Shown: positions 1 to 10,825 of the stretch, in pieces | How positions within the stretch are numbered: the first letter of the stretch is position 1 | Layout of the letters: every line of letters starts with the position of its first letter | IMG/VR virus record: IMGVR_UViG_2854078061_000001 | Location: 44,150-108,149 of that record | Length of the DNA: 64,000 bases | Strand: one strand, 5' to 3' | DNA from: a virus | Lineage: Duplodnaviria > Caudoviricetes | Position numbers and translations under genes: made by a program | The notes under the pieces: generated by a model | Seen by the model: the letters and a program-made list of their open reading frames with translations, nothing else | The model's database searches: none | Told to the model about the DNA's origin: nothing

Positions 1-72
1 CAGCTGCGAGCTTATATTTTCAGTAGTCAATCACACTTTACAATATCATTATCAAAGGAGGATCACCCGTTA

Positions 73-1464
73 ATGAAGTTTTATGACACCTCCGCGCTTC
101 TTGATTTGGGAGCCGCCGCTTTCGAACCTGCCAGTGCAACAGCCTCTGGTGCAACAGAGCCGTTTCTGATTGCCGATATGACGCTGCACGAGCTGGAAGA
201 GATCAAGACAAGCGGCAAGAAGAGCGAAGAGATCCGCTATAAGGCCCGTACTGTAACCCGCCTGCTGGCCGAGCATCACGACGACAACACCTTTATGGTA
301 GTGGCAGTCCCCATGTCTTCCCTGTTCTATATCCTGGATGGCAAACCGATCAGCGATAACAACGACGCGACGATCATGGCAACCGCCCGCTGGTATCTGG
401 ACGAGATGAAGCGCAATCTGAATGACGCGATTGAAGCCGGACTCCCGGAAGCACAGCGACAGATCCAGGCCAACATTGATTCTTTCAGGTTCGTCACCAG
501 CGACCTAAGTTGCGCCAATATCGCCAGCGGCATTCTTGATCTGCCGATCGAGTTCTCCTATCCCGATGCAGCAGCAAGCGCCAATAATAACTACACTGGC
601 TAGACTGAAGTCACTCTTGATGAAGGCGGCGAGGAAGCCATGGCGATGGCATATCAAACCCACGATGAAGGCTATACATATCAGAATCTGTTTGACACTC
701 CAGTGAATGGCTATCTGATTGTTCGTGATCCAGACACAGTAGACGATGATATGCCGGCAGGCAATGCGGTAGGCTGGCTACGATGGAATGGCAAGAAATA
801 TGTACCACTCAAATACAAAAAGATCAGTAATCGCTTCACTGGCGACGTAAAACCACTCAATGACCAACAGAAGCTCGCATTTGATATGCTGCAGAACGAC
901 GATATTACAGTTAAAATGCTGGCTGGAACATTCGGCAGCGGCAAGACAATGCTTATGGTGTCCTCTGCCATTGATATGATCGAGAAGCACAAGGTTGAGA
1001 AGCTGATCTGGATTCGCAATAACATCGAAGTCAAGAATACCAAGGAGTTGGGTGCACTACCTGGCACTCTACTAGAGAAGCTCGGCGCTGCTTCTTTTGC
1101 TGGACCTCTGGCTGATCACTTGGGCGGCGAAGCTGGTTTGGAATACTGGATCAATAATGGGCAGGTAGAAGTAGCTCACCTTGGATTTATTCGTGGCCGC
1201 GACTACAAGAACGCAATTATTATGGTTTCAGAGGCTGAGAATCTGACCAAAGAGCATGTACAGCTGCTACTCGGCCGTGTTGGTGAAGGATCTATGCTGT
1301 GGCTTGATGGCGATCTGAAGCAGACTGACGAGGCCGTGTTTGAAAATAACAGCGGTATGCGTAAGGCAATTCAGTGTCTGGCTGGCAACCCGCACTTTGG
1401 ATATGTCTACCTGAACAAGACAGAACGCAGCGAGACCGCACAACTGGCTGACCTGTTAGACTAA
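73..1464 (+). CDS. phoH: PIN domain + PhoH-family ATPase (463 aa, read through TAG 601-603)
   Basis: N-terminal YDTSALL / NNDATI PIN motifs; GTFGSGKT Walker A, IRGRD, SEAENLT, DGDLKQTD PhoH motifs; ORFs 73-603 and 640-1464 are in frame and joined by one TAG. Confidence 0.85.
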
Positions 1465-1478
1465 GGGGGCACAGCAGA

Positions 1479-1760
1479 ATGATAGAAGTAAGAATAGACG
1501 GATTACGACCAATGGATTACATCTCTCCTACTGGCGACTGGAACTATGAAGCGATTGACGGTTTAGCGAAAGAGTTGTGTGACCGACTTCGAGAAGTTGA
1601 GACAGAACAGATACTGGAGGAATTCAAAAAATATATAGAAAACCAACATTCTGACAATATGGTTATATTAAACCAATTGCAAGCTCAATTGAATAATATA
1701 GCTACACACCGATATCTGATTACACCATTTAACAGAGGCATAGTAGCATGGGACAGATGA
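1479..1760 (+). CDS. Hypothetical protein
   Basis: 93-aa ORF with upstream AAGGGG RBS; ATGA overlap with next gene. Confidence 0.6.
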   Translation: MIEVRIDGLRPMDYISPTGDWNYEAIDGLAKELCDRLREVETEQILEEFKKYIENQHSDNMVILNQLQAQLNNIATHRYLITPFNRGIVAWDR

Positions 1761-2077
1761 GCAAAGCTAGTGAAGAAATATTTTATACAACCAATGAGTA
1801 TCTGACCTATAAGATGTCTCGATATTTTGACACTTATGTTCTGTTGCTTGGTTTAAAAGACAACTCAGGATTCTTCATGGATTTTGTCGGTGGAGCAGGA
1901 GTCCATTATCATCTATATAAGCAGACGGGACCTGCTGTATTTGCATTTATCGATGATAATTATAAGGTACTTCGTGGAGACGACGCAGAATGGATTACTA
2001 ATCTTGCTTTGAAAATATGCCAACAATATGACGAACAGCTGTTCAACGAACAATGTGTCTGTGAGACTTTGCTATAA
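1757..2077 (+). CDS. Hypothetical protein, C-terminal CVCETLL tag (array member 1)
   Basis: ATGA-coupled start; shared C-terminal motif. Confidence 0.7.
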   Translation: MSKASEEIFYTTNEYLTYKMSRYFDTYVLLLGLKDNSGFFMDFVGGAGVHYHLYKQTGPAVFAFIDDNYKVLRGDDAEWITNLALKICQQYDEQLFNEQCVCETLL

Positions 2078-2091
2078 CAGGAGAAGAAATC

Positions 2092-2511
2092 ATGCGCGTT
2101 TTATTCGTAAGGTCATCGATCTATGACACAGTATGCGACTGGTATGAACGCATGGATACTGTGCAAAAGCATCGCAAGGAGACCGCAATCTGTAAATCAC
2201 CCGAAGATTTTTGGGATATATTCAATAAAGATAAATTCGGTGCACAATATACGACATTCTATTTTGACGATAGGTTGGCGCTGACCGATACTTTTGAATT
2301 TTTCAAAGAGATCGCGCGGTTGTATGGTGAAGAGGATGCGAAATATATTTCAGAAAATAAAATGCGGCGGATCACCATGAACTATTTAATGAACAACAAT
2401 CAGTTTGACTTGTTCCAGCAGTTCTCCATCACACCCGAATGTCTGGACGATGTAATCCATGATGCTCTGGCTGATCAACAGTGTGAATGTGTGTGCAGAC
2501 CGCTATTGTAA
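2092..2511 (+). CDS. Hypothetical protein, C-terminal CVCRPLL tag (array member 2)
   Basis: AGGAG RBS; shared C-terminal motif. Confidence 0.75.
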   Translation: MRVLFVRSSIYDTVCDWYERMDTVQKHRKETAICKSPEDFWDIFNKDKFGAQYTTFYFDDRLALTDTFEFFKEIARLYGEEDAKYISENKMRRITMNYLMNNNQFDLFQQFSITPECLDDVIHDALADQQCECVCRPLL

Positions 2512-2525
2512 AGGAGAGGCAAAAT

Positions 2526-2990
2526 ATGGAAAGAATACTAACGCCACGAGGCGGTGGACGTACATATGCGATATGCGAATACGCTGTCAAGAACAATTGC
2601 AATATCTTGGTGCCGATGGGCGGGACGGCTATATTATGTGCACAGGACTATATCAAGGAAATCGCAAGGAATCTTGATATTCAATATTAGGGGTATAGGG
2701 TTGATCATCAATGCCTTATAGTAGATTTACAAAGCAGAGCTCGCGGAGAATACAGTATTCACGTGATAACAACTACTTGTCCTCCCGATAATTATCGTGG
2801 ATTGCACTTAGAGGATAAGCCACTTGTTGTTGATGATATTGACCGATGCTTTAAGTTCATGTGCTTCCCGAATGTGCGAATTGATGCCTGTTCTCTGATG
2901 ACATATGATCCGAGCGAGGTTGCGTTTACACCGCCAACTGCACCTCAAGAAGTGCAGCGGGATGAATGCGTGTGTGACAGCTTGGTATAA
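2526..2990 (+). CDS. Degenerate P-loop-like protein, C-terminal CVCDSLV tag (array member 3; 154 aa, TAG 2688-2690 read through)
   Basis: AAGGAGAGG RBS; PRGGGRT and LVVDDID resemble Walker A/B; frame open across the TAG. Confidence 0.7.
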
Positions 2991-3004
2991 CAGAGGTGCC
3001 AACA

Positions 3005-3313
3005 ATGGATAAATTTGATACGCTACATGATGATCGCACGCTGAGATGGTGTAAGTACAGATATCCCGATGATATCAACAGTGGCGAGTTTACTTTTGAC
3101 TGGGCGAAAGATGGATTCACATGGACTCTGCCAAGCGATAAACCACTGCGAACCACAAACGAAATCGTATCTTACATTGACGCAAATGGTAATCAGCGTG
3201 AAGTTCAAGCGGAAGTAAAATACTATGGAATGGGACACGACACGCTGTGGACGATTGCAATTCCTAATGTTGTCGAGGCAGAAAACGAGTGTGTCTGCGA
3301 ATCACTATTATGA
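3005..3313 (+). CDS. Hypothetical protein, C-terminal CVCESLL tag (array member 4)
   Basis: GAGGTG RBS; shared C-terminal motif. Confidence 0.7.
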   Translation: MDKFDTLHDDRTLRWCKYRYPDDINSGEFTFDWAKDGFTWTLPSDKPLRTTNEIVSYIDANGNQREVQAEVKYYGMGHDTLWTIAIPNVVEAENECVCESLL

Positions 3314-3603
3314 GGCACGATATGAACAATCAATTATTGATACCCGATGATAAGATATACATATATCCATCAGATTGGAAGCAGCCTGTACGAATTCAAT
3401 TTGAAAATAGATCGACCATAGACACTGTAAATCATGGCAATTCACATCACACTATTCAATTCGACAAATGGGTTGATTATAACACCATAGTTACTGATGA
3501 AACTTTACAAAAGCTTATCAAAGACTATATATCGAAAAATTTTCCAAAAGAAGAATACAGTGTATCTATTCACAATGAGTGTTACTGTGAGAGCCTATTA
3601 TGA
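3310..3603 (+). CDS. Hypothetical protein, C-terminal CYCESLL tag (array member 5; start may be 3322)
   Basis: ATGA overlap; shared C-terminal motif. Confidence 0.7.
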   Translation: MRHDMNNQLLIPDDKIYIYPSDWKQPVRIQFENRSTIDTVNHGNSHHTIQFDKWVDYNTIVTDETLQKLIKDYISKNFPKEEYSVSIHNECYCESLL

Positions 3604-3914
3604 AAAAATATATCAGTGAAGAAGTACAACAACAAGCAGCCCTACAATTACATATCGAAATTGAAAATGATTGTAAAATAAAATTTGATAATTTCAGATT
3701 TCAAATAGACGAAGACGATATGACGGTTTGCCGCTATGGAGAACCAGATGAAACGTTTGTAGTTAAAAGGAAAGTAAGACTTTTCTTATTAAATAACGGA
3801 TTTGAATTCGAAATTGCTGGGCCTTATGCTGAACAGATGTACAGACGATATCTTAAACTGATAAATGGAGATATCAATACAAATAGTGAATATTATTGTG
3901 AAAGTCTATTGTAA
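3600..3914 (+). CDS. Hypothetical protein, C-terminal YYCESLL tag (array member 6)
   Basis: ATGA overlap; shared C-terminal motif. Confidence 0.7.
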   Translation: MKKYISEEVQQQAALQLHIEIENDCKIKFDNFRFQIDEDDMTVCRYGEPDETFVVKRKVRLFLLNNGFEFEIAGPYAEQMYRRYLKLINGDINTNSEYYCESLL

Positions 3915-3919
3915 AGAAG

Positions 3920-4189
3920 GTGAAAATATTGGATGAACAAGAGCTAACTGTAAGAGTTGAAGAAATAGATAATCATTTATTTTCTATGCACGATACAGTG
4001 AACCATGCGATTATTAAAGTCGATGAAGCAAATAATCTGTCGCATTTTGCAGTAGAACGTATAGATACTATAAGAGCAACAACAATTTCGTATCAAACTG
4101 CGATTGATCAATTACAAGCTCGAATCGCAGAACTTGAACATAAAATCGATTTGCTGACAGGGCCATGTATTTGTGAGCCGCTGCTATAA
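3920..4189 (+). CDS. Coiled-coil hypothetical protein, C-terminal CICEPLL tag (array member 7)
   Basis: Heptad-rich ORF; shared C-terminal motif; exact start uncertain. Confidence 0.7.
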   Translation: MKILDEQELTVRVEEIDNHLFSMHDTVNHAIIKVDEANNLSHFAVERIDTIRATTISYQTAIDQLQARIAELEHKIDLLTGPCICEPLL

Positions 4190-4200
4190 GGAGGAACTAT

Positions 4201-4476
4201 ATGAAAGAAAACGACTTTTCAAAACAGGATATTTATAATATTGGATTTGCCGTAGCTGATGCTGTGCGCGATTATGATGTAACTTACGAGGGTATCCTTG
4301 ACGCGATTCAGGTATATGCAGAATAGCAGGAACTGATCGGCAATGCATCGCTTTATGATACGTTGTGGATGGAAGATGGTACGCCCATGTCCCCTTCTTT
4401 GACACGATATTTATTTCACGAGATGTACTGCCCAGATGATTATGGTTATGATGAGGAGGACGGCGACGATGAGTGA
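4201..4476 (+). CDS. Hypothetical acidic protein (91 aa, TAG 4324-4326 read through)
   Basis: AAGGAGG RBS; MKENDFS...YAE*QELIG...DGDDE; fills an otherwise empty gap and overlaps the next start; absent from the ORF track. Confidence 0.7.
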
Positions 4477-4648
4477 TCGCAAGCGTGATAAGGTGTCTAA
4501 GAGCAGCTATATGCGTAACGCCCGCAAACAGCGTATGATTGAGAATCAGTTTTTGCAGGAAGTTGAGAAGGCTCAGGAAAGCGGCGAACGCCAGCGGCAA
4601 TCAGAGCGGCGGAAGCGGCGCACAATGTGGGACGACGACGAGGATTAA
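4469..4648 (+). CDS. Small basic hypothetical protein (59 aa)
   Basis: GAGGAGG RBS before ATG 4469. Confidence 0.6.
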   Translation: MSDRKRDKVSKSSYMRNARKQRMIENQFLQEVEKAQESGERQRQSERRKRRTMWDDDED

Positions 4649-4664
4649 GGAGGTACACAATAGT

Positions 4665-5024
4665 ATGGACAAAGAGCCTAAGAAGCCGGGCGGAGAGAAC
4701 GATACAGAGCGAGACGATATTCAGGAGATCCGCGTTAACTCTATTCCGCTGATGGTACTTATCGCTGGTGTTTTAAGTTCCGTTGACTTTGTTGATTGGA
4801 TGTTTACTATCGCAGAAATGCTTGTTGTATTTGTGCTTACATATCAGATCCTAGGGCGTATGCTTTTTACTGCCCTGGTGGTTACGCCCATTTTGGTTGT
4901 GTTTATCAGTAAGTGTCTGGCGGCCTACGATGAGATCATGTATGGCGACGATGATATGGGCGGCGATGGCGAAGATGACGGCGATGACCACTTTAATGAC
5001 CACTGGAATAATTTGATTCATTGA
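4665..5024 (+). CDS. Membrane protein with acidic tail
   Basis: AAGGAGG RBS; two or three hydrophobic segments. Confidence 0.7.
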   Translation: MDKEPKKPGGENDTERDDIQEIRVNSIPLMVLIAGVLSSVDFVDWMFTIAEMLVVFVLTYQILGRMLFTALVVTPILVVFISKCLAAYDEIMYGDDDMGGDGEDDGDDHFNDHWNNLIH

Positions 5025-5037
5025 GGAGTGATATTAT

Positions 5038-7581
5038 TTGTTTAGTCCACCATTATATAGCGTACTAAAATTTAACTTGAATTATATCGTTTCTCATAAC
5101 TATAATTTTAAACTGACACCAGAAGAGATGGAGCAGTATGAGGTCTTACAGGGCGACGATATGTTGTTCAGACAAATTCGGCTCATTTCCGACGACTAGA
5201 ATAAATTCCAGCGCTTTATTATCTTTGTTGATGCAACAGGTGGCCAGAACCACCCTGATGCTATTGATCATTTAGTAGAGCATGGATTCAAATTTAATGG
5301 CCAGAAATATCTGTTCTGTGAACGTAGTGCAAGTATGGTCCGTCAGAGCATGTTAAGTTTTGTTGAGCGACATATCTACCCTGAACTTGACCGCCGCGTA
5401 AGCATGGAACTGGATTTTTCTGAGACACCCACCGTCCTGAGCAAGTATTATGCTTATCGTGGTTTGATGCTGAGTAGCTGCCACTGCCTAGAGAACTGGT
5501 ACCCCAAAATGATTGTTGTTCCAGACTATATGACAACGATCAAGAATCAGTGGATCGAGTATCTGGTAGACAAGACTGTGACGTTTAATGACCGCAAAAC
5601 AGGCAAAGAGCGTACCTGGACTCAGAAAGATATCGCCACAAAAACAGTTGACATTGATATCAACGCCTTTGATGGCGCTGGAATCTGCCACCCAAGTATC
5701 ATGCGCGAATTTGAAAAGCGTATCGGCACTTCTGAACGGATGAACAGCTTGATTTTGCGTGCTCCATATATCAAGGGTTGCTTACACGAGATTGATTACG
5801 AGCGTTTTTTTGAAGAGAACGGCGTTACAAAAATCAAGGACATCTGGGGCATGGAATATGATGTAACACCTGGCAGCGAACCAATGATTATTATTACTGC
5901 TTCAATGTACAAGGGTCTCAAATATTTCAAGAAAACTGGTACCTATTCTGACTGGGAGAGATATTGGGAACTTTTCAAGAAGTACGACAACTGCCTTGGT
6001 GTAGCTAAATGGAACTTTACGCTTGAACAAGAACCGCTTTCCACCCGTAGCAACTATCAGGTCATTCAAGATCTACAGCTCGACAATGAGTCTTTTAAGC
6101 ATCTAGCTGACGACAGCATTACCTGGTATCAGAATATTGTCAAAGGCGACCCAATTTATACATACTGCTTCCTTGGTTTACTTGCCGAGAACAACGACCC
6201 GATGAATCATTACATGGCTGCTGCCCTGCGTAACCCAGTGATGGTGAAAGAGCCTGCAATCAAAGATTATATTCACTCGCTGCTTGATAAATATCGCAAT
6301 GAGATGAAGTGCGGTCGGCTTTGGATGAATGCTACTTTTAAGTTCTGGGCTCCTGACCTTATTGCACTATTGCAGCACATTGGTGGCCTACCTGTGACTG
6401 GCTGCCTTGAAGACGGTGAGTTCTACAGCTTTGATCGTCGTGGTGTGATGGAGGGAGACCGCTTAATTGAGCGCAATCCCCATATCTCTGTTGCAGAACA
6501 TGTAAAGGCCAAGGCCGTAGACAACGAATACACCCGCAAATACTGCAGCCATCTTCAGAATGTTGCTATGGTAAATATCAAATCCATCGTGGCTTCCAGA
6601 CTCAATGGTTCGGATTTTGATGGCGACCTGGTTCTAATCATCGATAATCCGCTGATGATGAGTGGTGTTCCTGATAATATCCCCATTACACTCGATGTTG
6701 AAGATAAGATCACTGCGTTGGCAGAATGTGATATTGTGAAGAACAAAGTTGCCTGCACCATTCGCGGATTGAAGAGTTCTATTGGCGAAATTTCAAACTA
6801 CGCAACTGCATACCATAATAAGGTTCCGACCATGGAAAAGACCAAGAAGCTCTATCACGATAATATTTCGCTTTTGAGCATCTGCAACGGAAAAGCTATC
6901 GATTATGCTAAAACAGGTGTTCTATATCCGATCCCGCGTAATGTAGCAGCTTATGGTCGTCCTCTACCCTACTTTATGAAGTATGCAGGCCCTTACTACG
7001 CACGTTTACATAATCTCAGCAAGGCACATAGCAACATGAACCTGCTTTGCATGAGTCTGGAGCGTTGGGAGCGCGGTGTACGGTGGCGTAAAGAGCCCGC
7101 AGGCAGCTTTGATTGGCATATCATGTACGATCCAGAGGTCTCCTATGACCAGGCAGTCTTTGATGAGATCGAAGCCATTTTCTTGGACTTCAACAAATGC
7201 CGCAAGGAACAGCTTGAGTTCGAAAAGAAATGTCGCAACTGGCAATTATATCATAAGGACATCGAGTCGCGTATTACCAAAGAAGAGGCTAAGACATATG
7301 AGACGAACTGGCAGGCGATCTACAATGTCTACCGTAACAAGTGTAAGCTGGTGTGTCCTGATGTGAGAGAGCTGGCGAATATTCTTGTAGTGCTTTGCTA
7401 TGAGAAGTATCCCAATAAATTCAAGAAGTTTTTGTGGCACATGGCCGGCGCTGGTGTGGTCGAAAATATCAAGCCGGTTCCTGTTCAGCTGCCAGTTCAC
7501 GATCCGAACGGCGAGTACGAATACCTTGGCCAGCGATATAGTCTGGCTGAACCGAAAATTTATGAAGCGAGGGTGAAATAA
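5038..7581 (+). CDS. YonO-like single-subunit DNA-dependent RNA polymerase (847 aa, TAG 5197-5199 read through)
   Basis: Catalytic LNGSDFDGD motif, FDGAG, RAPYIKG, ERNPH, AIDYAKTG; GAGGAG RBS before TTG 5038; position upstream of the late operon as in SPbeta. Confidence 0.88.
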
Positions 7582-7582
7582 T

Positions 7583-7831
7583 ATGGGTTGGTTTAAGAAG
7601 AAAACAAAGAAACCGCAGAAAATAACCAAGTGTCCTACCTGTGGCGGCTTGTTGACAAAGCAGACTGGACTGGAGCACGAATTTACTTATAAAAATCAGA
7701 TGGTTCATGTGCCGGATATCACGGCGATGGTATGCGGTGATTGTGGCGAGATGTATTTTGATTATACCGAATTCGAGCGTATTTCAAATTATGTTCATGA
7801 AGCAGTTGATGGGAAGGATGAAACAGAATGA
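7583..7831 (+). CDS. YgiT/MqsA-type zinc finger protein
   Basis: CPTCGG ... CGDCGEMYF. Confidence 0.7.
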   Translation: MGWFKKKTKKPQKITKCPTCGGLLTKQTGLEHEFTYKNQMVHVPDITAMVCGDCGEMYFDYTEFERISNYVHEAVDGKDETE

Positions 7832-8112
7832 GTTATCGGTGTTTTAAAATAACAATCATTACTTTGATAGCTGTAATATGTTTATGTTTAGGTATTGGAA
7901 TTTGGGCATCTATTCCGCGCAAAAACAATGTAGGCGATAAATCTATTTATAATGGAAGCTCTTTGTACAGTATTTCCAACACGAAACTTATTTACGATGA
8001 GAACACAAGAATTATGTATTATTGGCTACATAGTGGATATATGTCTCCATACTATAATGCACATGGACAACTTTGCCGCTATATTGATGGCGAAATTATA
8101 CCAATCGAGTAA
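7828..8112 (+). CDS. Small membrane-anchored protein
   Basis: N-terminal TM helix; YDENTRIMYY...MSPYYN domain. Confidence 0.65.
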   Translation: MSYRCFKITIITLIAVICLCLGIGIWASIPRKNNVGDKSIYNGSSLYSISNTKLIYDENTRIMYYWLHSGYMSPYYNAHGQLCRYIDGEIIPIE

Positions 8113-8121
8113 GGAGGTTAA

Positions 8122-8934
8122 ATGGCATATACAACTTTCTACTGTAATGAGAATATACTGCTCGATCATTGGCAGGACTATCACGAGTCAAATCTGATGC
8201 TGCGAAATCTGCTGAAGCGAACCTCCCTCTCCCCTATTGAATGCGCCACCATTTATTATGAGCGGATGAAAAATCCTGAGTCTGTCAGCTATGACCGTAG
8301 CCACTTGATCCAGACGTTCAGCAGAGGCCGTAAAAATAACGCGCCCATACTTGACGTACATCAAGTTGTGCTTTATCAGAAAGATCTGGACTATATCACA
8401 GAGGCGCGCCGAAAGTATCATATCAACTACGCACAATTACGTGTTCTGTTTGGGGTAATATTCTTCTGCCGGCTGTATGGAAGCGATACCTTTGCCTTGG
8501 ATACCGAGTTCAAGATGAAACGTTTTGGTGGCTGCTTTGAAGAGCAGACAGAGATCATGTATTGCGCTGGGAAGAACTAGGACGACGGCTATAATACAGT
8601 GCGGGGCATGAAAGAGATTTCTGACGACTATCACCTGCTGAACAGAACCGGCACTGACGACATTGGATGCTTATACCAGTACCAAAATTTTGCCCTTGAT
8701 AAGAATGACACGATTGCGTACACGTTCAATGTGACGCTTGAAAACAATCGGCTGAATTTAAGCGCCATAGTGCGAGAGCTATTTGACCCGAAGGAATGTT
8801 ATTGCATCGTGTGTGGCGAACAGTATCACTCAGAAAAGCCAAATGCCAGCAGATATTGCAAAGGATGTGCGGCAAAGAAAGAACAGGCACGTCTAGCGAA
8901 AAAGAATGCGAATCGAAACAAACGACCGAAATGA
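8122..8934 (+). CDS. Hypothetical protein with C-terminal zinc ribbon (270 aa, TAG 8578-8580 read through)
   Basis: AAGGAGG RBS; two in-frame ORFs joined at GKN*DDGY; CIVC...CKGC. Confidence 0.75.
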
Positions 8935-9010
8935 ACTTTAAGTTCTTAATATATGAAAGGGTGTTGTATATTTCCCTTTCGATTATAAATTACAAAGGAG
9001 ATTTATTATA

Positions 9011-9208
9011 ATGGTTGAAATTACTAAGCGTGAGGCAGAGTATCTGCGTAAGGTTATTCCCGGTGTCCATATCACTCGTACCGTTCATCACTGGTATGCG
9101 GAGGAAATCAAGTCTGTGCTGACTCAGCTGCCTGGCAATCCCGAGGCAGAAGAGGCGCTACGCGAACTGAACCGCACCCAGCGTACCAACACCAATTTTG
9201 AGATCTGA
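9011..9208 (+). CDS. Hypothetical protein
   Basis: AAAGGAG RBS; biased codon usage. Confidence 0.7.
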   Translation: MVEITKREAEYLRKVIPGVHITRTVHHWYAEEIKSVLTQLPGNPEAEEALRELNRTQRTNTNFEI

Positions 9209-9216
9209 GGTGGCGC

Positions 9217-10401
9217 ATGGACGAATTTAAGAAAGCGGACGGCGAGACCTTTGATGAATATATGATGCGGATTGGTGAGGCATGCAGCGAACGTAAGCTG
9301 ACTTAGAATCAGGCAGCAGAACTGCTGAATGAAGCAACCGGCTCAGACTATGGCGAATGCAGATATCGCAAGACCTATAAGTCGTGGAAAGATGGTTATG
9401 ACTACGCTATTGATCACGCCAACGAAGAAACGATCCAGGATGAACTACAGCGACTGAAGATTGAAAAGATCAAATTACAAGATGAACGCAATGCAGCAAA
9501 CAAAGTGTATCGCGATGTTGCCCGTGCCGAATCCATCAAGGAATTGATTCTGAAGAACGTTGCTCCGTATAACCCTGACAATTTTCTGAATGTTGTGCAA
9601 TACGAAGGCAGCGGCCACGATGTGATTGTGTGCTTGTCTGATTTACATGCTGGCGCGGGTATTGATTCGGCGTGGAATAAGTTCAACAAGGATATCCTAA
9701 AGGCTCGGCTTGAGAGTTATGCTGCACAGGTGTTCAATATCGTAGCGCGACATACAGCCGAAAAGATTCATGTGCTGCTGTTGGGCGACCTGATCAATGG
9801 GCATATCCATGTTAATACCCGCGTGCAGAACAATGAAAACAGCATTGAGCAGGTTATGACGGCTGCAGAGCTGGTAAGTAATTTTGTTGCTACACTGTAC
9901 GAGGTATGCCAGCATATTGACGTGTATTCTGTGAGTGGCAATCATTCACGAGTATTCCCCAGCAAAGAGGATCAGGTAGCAGGTGACGAACTTGAAGCAC
10001 TGATTCCGTTCTATATGAAGGCACGACTGCAAAATCTGGCTGGCATTGATATTAAAACAGAGAAGCTCGATCCGACCTTTGGTGGCTTTAAGGCTAGGAA
10101 TAGTCTTGTGATGTACGCACATGGAGATAAGGACTCCCCTGCTAACGTCGTTGAGCACCTGACACTGATGGTGAAGCAGCCAATCGACATGGTGTTCCTT
10201 GGTCACCGCCACACAAACGGCATGACAACGGTGCATGGTACGAAGGTTATTGAGAGCGGCTGCGTTTGTGGCAGCGATTCCTATGCAATTGGACTGCGCA
10301 AAAATGATGTGCCGCAGCAGGCAGTGGCTGTAATCGATGACAGCGGCCTAGAATGTCTGTACGATGTCAAGCTGGAGAAGCCAGCAAAGATAGTAATTTA
10401 A
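9217..10401 (+). CDS. Calcineurin-like metallophosphoesterase with N-terminal helical domain (394 aa, TAG 9304-9306 read through)
   Basis: SDLH, LGD, SGNH, HGD, GHRH motifs; GAGGTG RBS at 9217; KLT*NQAAELLN. Confidence 0.85.
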
Positions 10402-10412
10402 TAGAGATTTTG

Positions 10413-10442
10413 ATGCCCTGGGCTACGGCCTGGGGCATTTTT
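10413..10442 (+). terminator. Intrinsic terminator
   Basis: ATGCCCTGGG-loop-CCTGGGGCAT followed by a T run. Confidence 0.7.
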
Positions 10443-10448
10443 ATATGT

Positions 10449-10525
10449 CGCAGGTGACAGCGCCGGTGTGCTGACCAGCCTCATAAGCTGTGTTTGGATG
10501 CGTTCAACTCGCATACCTGTACCCA
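10449..10525 (+). tRNA. tRNA-Met(CAT)-like, atypical
   Basis: Cloverleaf: acceptor GCAGGT/ACCTGT with C1:A72, D arm CAGC/GCTG, anticodon arm CAGC-CTCATAA-GCTG, T arm ATGCG-TTCAACT-CGCAT, encoded CCA. Confidence 0.75.
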
Positions 10526-10561
10526 CAAAAATAAGTTAAAAAGGAGGGTTCCAAATTAGAG

Positions 10562-10825
10562 ATGGAAGAAAAATATCACAAAGATTTAGGAGGCGATTAC
10601 TTCTACTGCTATTCCAGACGGACAGCACTGTTTGTTCGCGCTATGGGAATTTTTTACGAAGAGATTGGAGAGCACCCGGTAACTGGCTCTGTATATACAA
10701 AATTCCGCAAGACGAAAAAACTGAATGAAGTTTTAAAACTATAGGATCAGATCAAATATCGCTTCGATGATATGATGGACGATGGAACGGTGGTGATTGG
10801 CTATGGCCAGAGTTGCCGCAGATAA
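10562..10825 (+). CDS. Small hypothetical protein (87 aa if TAG 10742-10744 is read through, otherwise 60 aa)
   Basis: AAGGAGG upstream; LKL*DQIKY; read-through here is less certain than at other sites. Confidence 0.6.

Noticed and set aside
1757-4189. Integron-like att sites or a CRISPR-like DNA repeat behind the shared gene ends
   Set aside because: The nucleotide sequence varies at synonymous positions and is not palindromic; conservation is at the protein level.
10449-10525. tRNA as the amber suppressor
   Set aside because: The anticodon is CAT, not CTA; no CTA-anticodon cloverleaf was found in the window.
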